Numbered from the stretch's first letter, positions 44,177-54,741 are shown. The stretch: 64,000 bases of DNA from Dehalococcoidia bacterium (GCA_965197695.1 OZ240222.1:2932108-2996107), one strand, 5' to 3'. Made by a program: numbers and translations. Notes: a model not told the origin generated them from the letters alone.

Positions 44177-45151
44177 TCAGTCAGGGAGGACGATCGACTC
44201 CGGGTCGTCTCCACGCAACACTCGCTGCGAGTTGTACATCGCAAAGGTGCGGCTCTTCTCACCCGACTCCTGCGTAAACGACGCGAGGTGAGGAGTAACC
44301 AGCACGTTGTCCATCTTGAGCAGAGGGTTGTCCACCGGGGTGGGTTCGAGCTCCAGCACGTCCAATCCGGCCTGAGCGACCTTACCGGCTTCGAGCGCGC
44401 GTATGAGCGCGGCCTCATCCACCACAGGGCCGCGGCACGCGTTGATAAACACCACGGTGGGTTTCATCATGTCGAACTCACGGTCGCTTATCATCCCCAC
44501 GGTCTGACTGTTGAGCGGAACATGCAGGGTGATGATATCCGATGACTGGAGGAGTTCATCGAGCGAGACCCTGGTCAGGCTGAGCTCCTCTTCGATACCT
44601 TCCGGAGGGTCGACGACGTCGGCGTAGATGATGTCGCACTCCCATCCCTGAAGTCGACGCGCAACTCTCGATCCTATCCTTCCGAGACCGACGATTCCGA
44701 CGGTCTTACCGGCGATTTCGTTGGCCTGCGAGAACCATGCGGCGCGGATGTCCGCTGCCCACTCCCCGGCCTTGACCGCGTTAAACTGCAACTGGAGCTT
44801 TCGGATCGTGCTCACCAGCAGCGCGATCGTGTGCTCGGCCACGGCGACCGCGTTGCCGCCCCCGTTGTTGGCGACCCGTATGCCCATCTCGCCGAGCGTC
44901 GTCTTGTCCAGACGGTCGGTTCCGGCGCTTATGGTCTGGATCAGCTTTAGGTTTGGCGCCCTCTGCGCGACTTCGACCTCAAAGCCGGAGCCCGCGACAA
45001 TGGCGACCTGGGCATCCTGTAAGCCGACCGCCTGATCGTCCAGCGATGCCGTGGAGTCCACCCACTCAATTTCGACGCCCTCCGGCGCGACGCGCTCGAA
45101 GTCTCCCAATCCATCCCCGCTCGGACCGTACATTACTACTTGCGCACCCAT
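44177..45151 (-). CDS. D-isomer-specific 2-hydroxyacid dehydrogenase
   Basis: GIVGLGRIGSRVARRL NAD motif, plus FINACRG and VTPHLAS motifs. Confidence 0.88.
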   Translation of the reverse strand: MGAQVVMYGPSGDGLGDFERVAPEGVEIEWVDSTASLDDQAVGLQDAQVAIVAGSGFEVEVAQRAPNLKLIQTISAGTDRLDKTTLGEMGIRVANNGGGNAVAVAEHTIALLVSTIRKLQLQFNAVKAGEWAADIRAAWFSQANEIAGKTVGIVGLGRIGSRVARRLQGWECDIIYADVVDPPEGIEEELSLTRVSLDELLQSSDIITLHVPLNSQTVGMISDREFDMMKPTVVFINACRGPVVDEAALIRALEAGKVAQAGLDVLELEPTPVDNPLLKMDNVLVTPHLASFTQESGEKSRTFAMYNSQRVLRGDDPESIVLPD

Positions 45152-45304
45152 ACTCGCTCCTGTTCTTTCAATCGTGATAAGACGTGGTTCCCGGAAACAG
45201 CCCGATTATACGGCGGTCGATATGCGCGGGCAACTGTGTAGCGAGGGTCACAGCCTGTATAATTCCGTCTTGAAAGACAGGGTTGGACAACTCTGGAGGC
45301 TGAA

Positions 45305-46504
45305 TTGGCTGGCGCACTGGACGGCATTACGGTCCTCGACCTGACTCATCACGTAGCAGGGCCCTACTGCACCAAGCTGCTGGCGGACTTCGGAGCTTTG
45401 GTTACCAAGGTGGAGCGCCCGGGATCGGGAGACCCGGCGCGGCGCATGGGTCCGTTCGCCGGGAACGACTCGCACGCTGACAAGAGCATCCCGTTCCTGT
45501 ACCTGAACACCAACAAGCGGTCAATCACACTGGACATGAAGAGCCAGTCGGGCCAGGCGCTGCTCAGCCGGCTGGTCGCGAAAGCGGACATCGTGGTAGA
45601 AAACTTCCGGCCCAGATCGTTGCACACCCTCGGCCTGACCTACGACCGGATTCGCGGAGACAACCCCAGCGCCGTCCTGGTGTCGATCTCCAATTTCGGA
45701 CAGACCGGACCGTACAGGGACTACGAGGCCACTGACATCGTTGAGTACGCGCTCAGCGGCATTCAGTACATATTCGGATCGAACGAGAGGGAGCCGCTCA
45801 AGCATGCGTTCAGCCAGGCTCAGTACAAGGCCGGGACAGACGCCGCGTCCGCCGCTCTGATCGCCCTGTTCAACCGCCAGATGACCGGCAGCGGCGAGTG
45901 GGTCGACGTCTCGATTCAGGAGTGCATCGCAACCGGTCTGCGTGACACTACGTCCTCATTTACATACACAGGGGCAGTGAAGTGGAGGCAGCCCAAAGAG
46001 GCGGGAGACTTGCCCAGGTCGCCAGTCCCAACCAGGGACGGCTACATCGTGCCCATCGCGTTCGGCGGGGTGGACTGGAGCGCCACGGCGGAGTTCCTGG
46101 AGTCTGCCGAGCTCGCCGAAGAGAGGTTTTCTACGAGTGAGGCCCGTGTTGCGAACGCGGGCGACTTGGACCGCATTCTGTCGGAAGCCTTCGCCCAACA
46201 CGACAAGTTCGACCTCTTCTATCGCGCGAATCGGCGGCGCGGGCTGATTTACGGAGTGGTGCAGGACCCATCGGAGCTCCACTCTAACCCGCAGTATCGG
46301 CACCGGGAGTACTTCAGCTCCGTTGAACACCCTGTCGCCGGAAAAGCCGACTACCCCGGCGCTCCGTTCGGCATGTCGGAGACACCGTGGAGAGTGCGGT
46401 CTCCCGCTCCGACACTGGGGCAGCACAACAAAGAAGTCTATTGCAAGGAGCTCGGGATGTCCCCGGACGACTTAGCCACGTTGACTGCGGCGGGGGTTGT
46501 GTAA
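45305..46504 (+). CDS. family III CoA-transferase (CaiB/BaiF)
   Basis: LDGITVLDLTHHVAGPYCTKLLADFGALVTKVERPG N-terminus. TTG start 6 nt after GGAGG. Confidence 0.88.
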   Translation: MAGALDGITVLDLTHHVAGPYCTKLLADFGALVTKVERPGSGDPARRMGPFAGNDSHADKSIPFLYLNTNKRSITLDMKSQSGQALLSRLVAKADIVVENFRPRSLHTLGLTYDRIRGDNPSAVLVSISNFGQTGPYRDYEATDIVEYALSGIQYIFGSNEREPLKHAFSQAQYKAGTDAASAALIALFNRQMTGSGEWVDVSIQECIATGLRDTTSSFTYTGAVKWRQPKEAGDLPRSPVPTRDGYIVPIAFGGVDWSATAEFLESAELAEERFSTSEARVANAGDLDRILSEAFAQHDKFDLFYRANRRRGLIYGVVQDPSELHSNPQYRHREYFSSVEHPVAGKADYPGAPFGMSETPWRVRSPAPTLGQHNKEVYCKELGMSPDDLATLTAAGVV

Positions 46505-47856
46505 TGGTGCGGCCCGCGCTCGAGGGCGTCCGAATCGTCGAGATGGGACAGTTGATCGCGATTCCGTTCGCAACGAAGCTGCTCGCGGACATGGGCGCTG
46601 AGGTGATTCGGATCGAGTCCCGCGCTCGGCTCGACGGATACAGGGCCGCCGGGTTCTACAAGAACGACGCGACGGGAGAGTATTGGAATCGGGCTGTCAA
46701 CTTCTACGAGCAGAATAGAGGCAAGGACAGCCTCACACTCGAATTGACACATGATGAGGGTCGTCAGACGCTGCTCGACCTGATCGCCATCAGCGACGTA
46801 TTCGCGGAGAATTTCACACCTCGGGTCATCGCGAACTTCGGTCTGGAATACGAAGACCTCAGGCGTGTCAAGCCCGACATAATAATGGTCTCATCCACCG
46901 GCTACGGACACACGGGACCGTGGAGCCGATTCGGGGCGATCGGGTACGGGACGGAGGCCGCCTCCGGTCTGGCGTCGGTCACCGGGTATGAGGACGGTCC
47001 GCCAACGATTCCCGAGCTCCCCTACGCTGACTATACAGCGGGAGAACACACCGTCTTCGCCATCATGGCGGCGCTCGTACACAGGTCGATCACCGGCAGG
47101 GGGCAGTTTATAGACATATCGCAGACGCAGACACTGAGCGCCACAGTTCCGGAGGCGCTGATGGAGTACACGTTCAACGGGACCCTATCCGGAAGGTCGG
47201 GGAACCGGGACAGGAGCTGGGCGCCCCAGGGCACGTATCCGTGTTCCGGTGAAGACCGCTGGATATCGCTCAGCGTCCGGTCGGACACTGAGTGGGAGTC
47301 CCTGTGCAGTGTGCTGAGTCGTCCTGAATGGGCTGCCGACCCCAGGTTCTCGGATTCCCTGTCCAGAAAGACCCATCATGATGTACTCGACCACCTGATT
47401 TCGGTTGTGACCCGGACGATGGACGCGGACGAGCTTCAGAGGATGTTGCAGGCTGAAAGGGTGCCTGCGGGCGCGGTGCTCGACGGCAAGGCGCTGCTGT
47501 TCAACGATCACCTCCTTGAACGCGGGTTCTACGAGATGGTCGAACACGCTCCTCACCTGGGAATCCCGCCGCTGCCATATGCGAGCCGACCCTGGAGACT
47601 CAGCCGAGGGCCGGGCTCGATCCGCCGCGCCGCGCCCACTCTGGGCGAGCACAACCAGCCCGTGTTGAACGGGCTGCTGGGCATGTCGGAAGAACGAGTC
47701 CTGTCGTTGGCGGAGTCCGGTGTAATCGGGACGCAGCCGTCCAATCCGCGGGCGCCTGAATCGCCAACGAACCGGCTGCTCATGGATCAAGGTAAAATCG
47801 TAAGGTGGGAGGAGGATTTTGAAGAACAGGTCCGCAGGGAGTTCGGACCTGCCTGA
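46504..47856 (+). CDS. family III CoA-transferase (CaiB/BaiF), paralogue
   Basis: LEGVRIVEMGQLIAIPFATKLLADMGAEVIRIES. The ATG overlaps the upstream stop (TAATG). The track ORF is over-extended to 46387. Confidence 0.88.
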   Translation: MVRPALEGVRIVEMGQLIAIPFATKLLADMGAEVIRIESRARLDGYRAAGFYKNDATGEYWNRAVNFYEQNRGKDSLTLELTHDEGRQTLLDLIAISDVFAENFTPRVIANFGLEYEDLRRVKPDIIMVSSTGYGHTGPWSRFGAIGYGTEAASGLASVTGYEDGPPTIPELPYADYTAGEHTVFAIMAALVHRSITGRGQFIDISQTQTLSATVPEALMEYTFNGTLSGRSGNRDRSWAPQGTYPCSGEDRWISLSVRSDTEWESLCSVLSRPEWAADPRFSDSLSRKTHHDVLDHLISVVTRTMDADELQRMLQAERVPAGAVLDGKALLFNDHLLERGFYEMVEHAPHLGIPPLPYASRPWRLSRGPGSIRRAAPTLGEHNQPVLNGLLGMSEERVLSLAESGVIGTQPSNPRAPESPTNRLLMDQGKIVRWEEDFEEQVRREFGPA

Positions 47857-47864
47857 CAGGACTG

Positions 47865-47893
47865 TTGTCCCGCGACCACCTCGAACATATAAT
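47865..47893 (+). promoter_or_regulatory. sigma70-like promoter candidate for cmk-plsC
   Basis: TTGTCC (47865-47870), 17-nt spacer, TATAAT (47888-47893). The ATG lies 17 nt downstream, so the leader would be very short. Confidence 0.45.
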
Positions 47894-47910
47894 CATCATT
47901 GAACTAACGG

Positions 47911-48594
47911 ATGGAGGCAGTTACCGGATTGGTGGTAGAAGCAGTGGCGATTGACGGTCCGGCGGGTTCGGGCAAGACCACAGTCGGCAGGACTGCCGCT
48001 AAGCGGCTGGACTTCGGATACCTGGACACCGGACTGATGTACAGAGCGGCAACCTGGAGGGCTATCCGGCTTGGCGTCGATCCACAGGACGATCGGGTGC
48101 TGACGAGAATGATCCAGACCGTGCGCATCGAGTTGACCAGATCCCATGCGAGAGATCGATTATTGGTTGATGGAACTGACGTGACCGACGAGCTCCGGTC
48201 GCCTGAAATCGACAGGAACGTCTCGGCTGTGTCCGCAGTATCTGGGGTTCGCCGCGCGCTGGTGCCGCAACAACGCCGTATTGCGGAACAAGGGCCGATC
48301 GTCATGGTCGGAAGAGACATAGGCACGGTCGTCCTGGCCGACGCTAGGATCAAAGTGTTCTTGGACGCATCCGTAGCGACCAGGGCTCGCCGACGCTACT
48401 CGGAGATGATTCGCAGCGGTATGAAGGTGGACCTGGAACAGGTGATGGGTGCGACCAGCTTGAGAGACCGGATTGACTCCGAACGGTTGGACTCTCCGCT
48501 GAGGGTCGCGGATGACGCTGTAGTGGTCAGGACCGACGATCTGACAGTAGAACAGGTAGTCGCCCGTATCGTGAACCTGGCGGGAGGGGGCTGA
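47911..48594 (+). CDS. cmk: cytidylate kinase
   Basis: AIDGPAGSGKTTVGR P-loop and YLDTGLMYRA. Confidence 0.92.
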   Translation: MEAVTGLVVEAVAIDGPAGSGKTTVGRTAAKRLDFGYLDTGLMYRAATWRAIRLGVDPQDDRVLTRMIQTVRIELTRSHARDRLLVDGTDVTDELRSPEIDRNVSAVSAVSGVRRALVPQQRRIAEQGPIVMVGRDIGTVVLADARIKVFLDASVATRARRRYSEMIRSGMKVDLEQVMGATSLRDRIDSERLDSPLRVADDAVVVRTDDLTVEQVVARIVNLAGGG

Positions 48595-49268
48595 TGGACT
48601 CGGTCTATCACGTTAGCAATTTCCTACAGCGCATCACACTGAGAGTCTTCGCCGACTGGAAGGTGACGGGGACTGAGAACGTTCCCCCGATGGGGCCGCT
48701 GGTGATCGTGGCGAACCATCTGAGCAACCTCGATCCCTCGATGCTGGGGGCCGGTATCCCGAGACGTCTGAGGTACCTCGCCAAGGACAACGTGTTTCGC
48801 GCGGTTGGTCCGCCAGGTCGATGGTTCCTCCGAAATTACGGGGCGTTCCCGCTGGATCGCGTGGGCGTCGATGTCCGGGCTTTCCGGTGGTCGCTCAGGC
48901 AACTTCAGCAGGACTCCGCTTTAGTCATCTTCCCGGAGGGCACACGCAGCCGCACGGCCAGTATGAATGAGGCGAAACCCGGCGCGGTCAGCCTGATACT
49001 GAAGTCCGGAGCGCCCGTGCTCCCGGTTGGAATCACCGGCACCGAGAGCATGCAAGCACTCACCCGCTTGTTCAACCCTACCGGCAAAATCCGGATCAAC
49101 ATCGGTCAGCCATTCTCGCTGCCCAGTATCGAGGGTCGCCCCAACAGGGAGTTGCTGAAGTCGCTTACCACCGACATCATGTGGAGGATATGTGACCTTC
49201 TGCCGGAGGGTTATCACGGACATTACTCGCGTTCAACAGCACAGCCGACGGCACGGCCCCACCGTTGA
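48594..49268 (+). CDS. plsC: 1-acyl-sn-glycerol-3-phosphate acyltransferase
   Basis: ANHLSNLDP (HxxxxD) and FPEGTRS motifs. TGATG overlap with cmk. Confidence 0.88.
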   Translation: MDSVYHVSNFLQRITLRVFADWKVTGTENVPPMGPLVIVANHLSNLDPSMLGAGIPRRLRYLAKDNVFRAVGPPGRWFLRNYGAFPLDRVGVDVRAFRWSLRQLQQDSALVIFPEGTRSRTASMNEAKPGAVSLILKSGAPVLPVGITGTESMQALTRLFNPTGKIRINIGQPFSLPSIEGRPNRELLKSLTTDIMWRICDLLPEGYHGHYSRSTAQPTARPHR

Positions 49269-49405
49269 CCGCTGAATTTAGGGCGCCCGACCCTTATTGA
49301 CCGGCGGACGAACGTTTCCGCTACGCGCTTCGCCAGAGCGCTGGATCGAAGGAGCTCCGAACAACATGGCGACGAGACAGAACACCAAATTCGTCAGGAT
49401 TTCCG

Positions 49406-51250
49406 ATGTGCGGAATTATCGGCTACTCCGGTAAGAGCCAGGCTGCGCCGATTCTCCTCGAGGGTCTCTCCACTCTGGAGTACCGGGGGTACGACAGTGC
49501 GGGAATAGCCGTCGTCGGGCCGAACGGGTCGCCACAGCTCTTCAAACAGACGGGTAAGCTGGCCAACCTTGCCTCATCACTCGACGGCGCGATGCCTAGC
49601 GGCGTAGTGGGTATCGGCCACACCCGCTGGGCCACCCACGGAGGGCCGACCGACCAGAATGCGCACCCACATACGGACTGCTCCGGAGACGTGGTCGTCG
49701 TCCACAACGGAATCGTCGAGAACTACATGGACCTAAAGGGGCAGCTCATCGCCAACGGGCACGAGTTCTCATCGCAGACAGATTCCGAGTGCCTGCCACA
49801 CCTGATCGAGGAGCAGATACGCTTGGGCCAAACACTGGAACAGGCGGTCAGGCTGTTGGCAAATCTGATCAAGGGCGCAAACGCCGTCGTTGCGTTCTCC
49901 GCGAGCGAACCCGGTCGGATCGTGGCGCTGAGGTTGGGCAACGCCGGCGGCATCGTCACCGGCCGATGCGCCGATGGAGTCATGCTTTCCTCCGACTTGC
50001 CTGCCCTACTGCCTTACACCCATGACGTCGTGTACCTGGCCGGTGGCGAGATGGTCTCAATGGACGAAAGCGAGATGGTTTTCTCCACCGTCGACGGCGC
50101 GGTCAAAGAGAAGGAAGTGACCCACATTGCGTACGATGCGATGTCCGCCGCCAAGGGCGGGTACCAGCACTTCATGCACAAGGAGATTCATGAGCAGCCC
50201 CAGTCGATCATAAGCGCCCTGGGAGGGCGCGTGTCTCTCGATGACCTCTCGATAGACCTTTCTGAACTCAATCTTGACAGCCAGACCATCGAGTCAACCA
50301 GGCGCGTCGTGTTCCTGGGCATGGGGACCAGTCTTCATGCCGCGATGCTGGGCCGGTACTGGATGGAGACGCTCGCAAGGATCCCTTCTGAGTACGATAA
50401 CTCGTCAGAATTTCGCTATCGTGGGCCGGTACTGGATCCGGACACGCTGGTCGTTTCGGTGTGCCAATCCGGGGAGACCGTGGATACGCTGGCCGCGATG
50501 GAACTAGCCATGCGCCTCGGCGCCCATCAGATCACGCTGTGTAACTACCCCGGCACTCAGACCACCAGGATCGCGGACGAGACGCTGCACCTTCGCGCAG
50601 GGCTGGAGATCGGCGTTGCGGCATCCAAAACTTTCACATCTTCAATGGCTGCCCTCTATATGCTGGCTATCGAGTTCGGCGTCCGCCGGGGAGCCATCGA
50701 CGACGCGCGTCGCAGTCAACTTGTAGCGGATCTGGCCCGGCTGCCTGACCTCATCGGATCGATGCTGGCCGATGAGACCATCTACCGAGAGCTGGCCCGC
50801 AAGTACGGCCGCCGGGCCGACTTCCTGTACCTGGGCCGAGGGCCAGGGTTCCCCATGGCAATGGAGGGGGCGCTCAAGCTCAAAGAGATCAGCTACGTCC
50901 ACGCAGAGGGATATCCGGCCGGGGAGATGAAGCACGGCCCAATTTCGCTCATCGACGAAGATATGCCGGTGGTGGCAATAGCCCCCAACGACTCGCTGCG
51001 AGACAAGATGCTGTCCAATATCAGCGAGGTGAAGGCGAGAGGTGGCACCGTGATCGCCGTGATCACCGAGGGGGATACGGCAGCCTCCGACCAGGCAGAT
51101 CACGCTATCTCAATACCCGCAGTGCCCGAGATCATGAATCCATTCCTGGTTTGCATCCCGATGCAGCTGCTCGCCTACCACATTGGCGTCAGGCGGGGAT
51201 GCGATGTCGACCAGCCCAGAAACCTCGCCAAGACCGTAACGGTCGAGTGA
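49406..51250 (+). CDS. glmS: glutamine--fructose-6-phosphate aminotransferase
   Basis: MCGIIGY N-terminal nucleophile, two SIS domains, C-terminus DQPRNLAKTVTVE. Confidence 0.96.
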   Translation: MCGIIGYSGKSQAAPILLEGLSTLEYRGYDSAGIAVVGPNGSPQLFKQTGKLANLASSLDGAMPSGVVGIGHTRWATHGGPTDQNAHPHTDCSGDVVVVHNGIVENYMDLKGQLIANGHEFSSQTDSECLPHLIEEQIRLGQTLEQAVRLLANLIKGANAVVAFSASEPGRIVALRLGNAGGIVTGRCADGVMLSSDLPALLPYTHDVVYLAGGEMVSMDESEMVFSTVDGAVKEKEVTHIAYDAMSAAKGGYQHFMHKEIHEQPQSIISALGGRVSLDDLSIDLSELNLDSQTIESTRRVVFLGMGTSLHAAMLGRYWMETLARIPSEYDNSSEFRYRGPVLDPDTLVVSVCQSGETVDTLAAMELAMRLGAHQITLCNYPGTQTTRIADETLHLRAGLEIGVAASKTFTSSMAALYMLAIEFGVRRGAIDDARRSQLVADLARLPDLIGSMLADETIYRELARKYGRRADFLYLGRGPGFPMAMEGALKLKEISYVHAEGYPAGEMKHGPISLIDEDMPVVAIAPNDSLRDKMLSNISEVKARGGTVIAVITEGDTAASDQADHAISIPAVPEIMNPFLVCIPMQLLAYHIGVRRGCDVDQPRNLAKTVTVE

Positions 51251-51317
51251 CCACGACAATTCGGAGTAGCAGCGCCCATTTCAGTTGTGCTACCGTATCC
51301 CGGCGTAGGAGCCAGTC

Positions 51318-51539
51318 TTGCTAGAACACGTCGAAAAGTTTGGCATCTATCTGAATCCCTCAGAAGGCAGGGTCGTTCGTATAACGTCCCCATATTGGTT
51401 CCCCGAGGAGCCCGATTGGGTGTACGTGACCGCCGAAGTCAACGCGACGCTGCTCGCCATCCGGGATATCATTCGCGATAAGGCGCTGTCCCACGATCCC
51501 GACTCCGTGATCTGGGGCCGTATCCCACTTCGGGACTGA
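51318..51539 (+). CDS. small hypothetical protein (73 aa)
   Basis: TTG start 6 nt after AGGAG (51307-51311). Third-position GC bias looks coding. No family is recognised. Confidence 0.4.
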   Translation: MLEHVEKFGIYLNPSEGRVVRITSPYWFPEEPDWVYVTAEVNATLLAIRDIIRDKALSHDPDSVIWGRIPLRD

Positions 51540-51566
51540 GAACTCTACTGCCCCGCGTCAATCCAC

Positions 51567-52937
51567 ATGGACGGGACTTCGCTCCCGCATGGGTCGCGGG
51601 CCGCGCTCGCCATGAACAGTAACTCCATGTCGGAACCCGACGACAGGCGCGCGTCGCTCCTGACCGTGCCGCCGGCGCTCAGGTATCCGAAGTACCGCTC
51701 CTACTGGCTGGGAACCCTCGCCTCGGTGAGCGGATTTCAGATGCTGATGTTCGCCCAGGGCTGGCTGACGTACGAGCTGACGGGTTCGGCCCTGTATCTG
51801 GGCTATATCGGCCTGGCCAACGCATCCGCGGCGATCGCCCTCAATCTCTTCGGAGGGGTCTTCGCCGATAAGCTGGACAAGCGTTGGCTCATCTTCTATA
51901 CGCAGCTGACCACCGCCGCGTTGATCTTCCTGTTGGGCGCGTTGACCGTTCTCGGCGTCGTTCAGGTGTGGCACATCATCTGCCTCGCGTTCGCGGCCGG
52001 CGCCGTGAACGCGTTCGACCAGCCGGCCCGGCAGGCGCTGTACCCTCATCTCATCGACCGCAAAGTGATGGTCAGCGCGGTGGCTCTCAACTCCGCCGTT
52101 TGGCAGGGCACCAGGATTGTGGCCCCGGCGATTGCGGGATTCGTAATCAGGCTGGCAGACACCTCCGCGGCGATCTTCCTCGCGGGGTCCGGATTCGTAG
52201 TGATGGCAATTGTAATCCTGCTGCTTCAGGCGCCCCGGATCGAAGCCGGCTCCTCCGGGAACGCGCTTGAGGACATCGTGGATGGGCTGAAATTCATCAG
52301 GGGGAACTCAATCTTCGGATTCCTGATCGGGATGACGTTCTTCAACAGCTTCTTCGGCATGGCCTACATCACGATGATGCCGGCGTTCGCAGTCGGCATC
52401 CTGAAGGTGGGCGCTGAAGGCCAGGGCGTACTGATGAGCGTCGGGGGCGTCGGAGCGCTGCTGGTAACCATGTGGCTCGGCTCAGTGGGGAACTTCAGGC
52501 GAAAGGGAATGCTGATTATCGGCGGCGGCCTGGTTTTTGGCCTCTCAGTCGCGGCATTCGCGCTAACGTCCAAGCTTGTGGGTTCGTATCCACTCGCCCT
52601 CGCGCTGATGGTCGTCATGGGCGTGTCCAGCTCGGCGTACATGATCTCCATTATGAGCTCGTTGCAGATGCTCGTCCCTGACCGGATGCGTGGCCGGGTG
52701 ATGGGATTCTACGGAATGACCTGGAGCATCATGCCCCTGGGCGGCGCTCAAGCCGGAGCGATCGCGGAGTTTGTCGGAGTCCCGGTAGCGATCGCCATCG
52801 GTGGAGGGCTGGTAGCGATCTTCGCCATCGGACCAGCGCTGCTCAACGGAAGGGTCCGCAACCTCGGATCGATCCTTCAGGCCGCCGAGAGTACACTGTC
52901 AACAGTACGTCCCGCAGGCGGTCGGCGCACCACCTGA
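51567..52937 (+). CDS. MFS transporter (EntS/MFS_3-like)
   Basis: LRYPKYRSYWLGTLASVSGFQM N-terminal motif, GGVFADKLDKR loop, about 12 TM segments. The start is uncertain (several in-frame Met). Confidence 0.85.
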   Translation: MDGTSLPHGSRAALAMNSNSMSEPDDRRASLLTVPPALRYPKYRSYWLGTLASVSGFQMLMFAQGWLTYELTGSALYLGYIGLANASAAIALNLFGGVFADKLDKRWLIFYTQLTTAALIFLLGALTVLGVVQVWHIICLAFAAGAVNAFDQPARQALYPHLIDRKVMVSAVALNSAVWQGTRIVAPAIAGFVIRLADTSAAIFLAGSGFVVMAIVILLLQAPRIEAGSSGNALEDIVDGLKFIRGNSIFGFLIGMTFFNSFFGMAYITMMPAFAVGILKVGAEGQGVLMSVGGVGALLVTMWLGSVGNFRRKGMLIIGGGLVFGLSVAAFALTSKLVGSYPLALALMVVMGVSSSAYMISIMSSLQMLVPDRMRGRVMGFYGMTWSIMPLGGAQAGAIAEFVGVPVAIAIGGGLVAIFAIGPALLNGRVRNLGSILQAAESTLSTVRPAGGRRTT

Positions 52938-53010
52938 CCTCTGGCCGGAAGCTGATGCCATGGTGACGCATACCCGAATACGCCGGAGCGTATCTGTGAG
53001 TCCGCTCAAG

Positions 53011-53039
53011 TTGACACCGGCGGGTGTTGGGTGTAGTAA
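53011..53039 (+). promoter_or_regulatory. sigma70-like promoter candidate for the second mini-ORF/amidase operon
   Basis: TTGACA (53011-53016), 17-nt spacer, TAGTAA (53034-53039). Confidence 0.45.
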
Positions 53040-53119
53040 GTATTGCGGTTCGACGACGAGCCAGCGCCATGTCGAATGTGGCGTGTCATCATCACTGAAC
53101 GAGAATCAGGGACTTTATC

Positions 53120-53329
53120 ATGGCTGGAAGATCCGCAGAGATAACTGTTGACTCAATCCGTGTACGCGCCCGGATGCTGGGCCTCGACGTGGGCGATGCC
53201 GACCTCGCCGGTCTGGTTGATCGTCTCCGGGCGGCTGCCGACGATGTCGACACCCTGGATGAGTTGGAACTCCAGGATCGAGAGCCCGCGGTCGGGTTCA
53301 GCGTCGGGAAAGACGAGGACCGGTCATGA
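53120..53329 (+). CDS. GatC/AtzG-like small amidase-partner protein (69 aa), second copy
   Basis: ITVDSIRVRARMLGLDVGDADLAGLVDRLRAAADDVDTLDELELQDREPAVGF follows the same pattern as 13552-13746. Its stop overlaps the amidase ATG (ATGA). Confidence 0.6.
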   Translation: MAGRSAEITVDSIRVRARMLGLDVGDADLAGLVDRLRAAADDVDTLDELELQDREPAVGFSVGKDEDRS

Positions 53330-54741
53330 CACGAGACGACCTGTGCTTTCTCACGATCAGCGAAGCCTCCGATCTCATCCGGGGACGCCAACTGTCCCCC
53401 GTCGATCTGATCACAGCGCACCTCGAACGCATCGATCGGATAGAACCCTCCCTCAATTCGTTCATTACACTCTTGGCTGATGACGCCCTCGGAGAGGCCA
53501 GAAGCGCAGAGGAGCAGATCGCGGCCGGCAAGTACATCGGCCCGCTGCATGGCATACCGGTTGGCCTTAAAGACCTTTACTTCACGAGAGGCATCAGGAC
53601 CACGGTCGGGACCAGAATACTGCGAGACTTCGTCCCGGAGTATGACGCGGCGGTGACCGAGCGATTCCGGGAGGCCGGAGCCGTACTTCTCGGCAAGCTG
53701 CAGATGCACGAGTTCGCACTCGGCGCCACAAGCGTCAATCCTCATGATGGTCCGGCCCACAACCCCTGGGACCTTGGCAGAATCACCGGTGGATCGAGCG
53801 GCGGGTCAGGGTCGGCAGTGGCCGCGGGCCAGTGCATGGCGGCGCTCGGCAGCGATACCGGGGGATCGATCCGCATTCCCAGTGGACTCTGCGGAATAGT
53901 GGGACTGAAGCCAACCTTTGGACGAGTCTCGCGACATGGGGTCTATCCCCTGTCGTGGAGCCTGGACACGGTGGGGCCGATGACCCGGTCGGTCCGCGAT
54001 TCGGCTATCGTCCTCAACGCGCTCGCCGGGCATGATCCGCGTGATCCGTCATCCACTGACGTCCGGACGGAGGACTTCACGGCGGATATTGAAACCGGAC
54101 TCAACGGAGTCAGCGTCGGGATCCCCCAAGAGTTCTTCTACGACGTGATCGACCCGGAGGTGGCCGAAGCGGTCAACGCGGCGGCGGGAATCCTCGCGGA
54201 GCTCGGAGCCAGTGTCGAGCGATGCTCCATCCCCGCCCTGCGACACTCGCTTGCCATTTCGAGTACGATCCTGATAACGGAGGCCGCGGAGACGCTGTTC
54301 GACAAGCTGCGTGACCGACCCGACGACATTGGGCAGGATGTCCGGGCGCGGCTGTATCTCGGAGCGTTGACCCCGGCGGTTGACTACATCAAGGCGCAGC
54401 GCGCCCGGACCGCATACAACGAGCAGATGGACCAGGCAATGAGTGAATTCGACATTCTGCTCGCGCCGACCGCCGCAGTCGGAGCGCCCGGCATCGACCA
54501 AGAGGTCGTCGAAGTGGGCGGAAAGACGGAGAACGCTCTGTCGTTGATGTCCCGGCTGACCCGGCCCTTCAACCTCACAGGCCAGCCGACGATCTCCTTA
54601 CCCTGCGGCTTCACGCTCGACGGCTTGCCCATAGGATTGCAGCTCGCGGGGCAACGCTGGGAAGAATCGACCGTTCTTCGCGCCGCTCACGCCTATGAGC
54701 AGGCCACCGAGTGGCACACCCGCAGACCATCGATACAGTAA
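53326..54741 (+). CDS. amidase-signature family amidase, paralogue of 13751-15169
   Basis: 471 aa with GGSSGGSGSAVAAG...GSDTGGSIRIPSGLCG. It is collinear with the first amidase throughout. Confidence 0.9.
   Translation: MTRDDLCFLTISEASDLIRGRQLSPVDLITAHLERIDRIEPSLNSFITLLADDALGEARSAEEQIAAGKYIGPLHGIPVGLKDLYFTRGIRTTVGTRILRDFVPEYDAAVTERFREAGAVLLGKLQMHEFALGATSVNPHDGPAHNPWDLGRITGGSSGGSGSAVAAGQCMAALGSDTGGSIRIPSGLCGIVGLKPTFGRVSRHGVYPLSWSLDTVGPMTRSVRDSAIVLNALAGHDPRDPSSTDVRTEDFTADIETGLNGVSVGIPQEFFYDVIDPEVAEAVNAAAGILAELGASVERCSIPALRHSLAISSTILITEAAETLFDKLRDRPDDIGQDVRARLYLGALTPAVDYIKAQRARTAYNEQMDQAMSEFDILLAPTAAVGAPGIDQEVVEVGGKTENALSLMSRLTRPFNLTGQPTISLPCGFTLDGLPIGLQLAGQRWEESTVLRAAHAYEQATEWHTRRPSIQ

Noticed and set aside
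49269-49405. Possible glmS ribozyme in the 137-nt region upstream of glmS.
   Set aside because: The region is too short for the ribozyme. I cannot find the conserved core as I remember it (AGCGCCAGAACU...GGCGCC pairing and downstream P2 elements). Only a vague GGGCGCCCGAC is present. A cmsearch with the Rfam glmS model would settle it.
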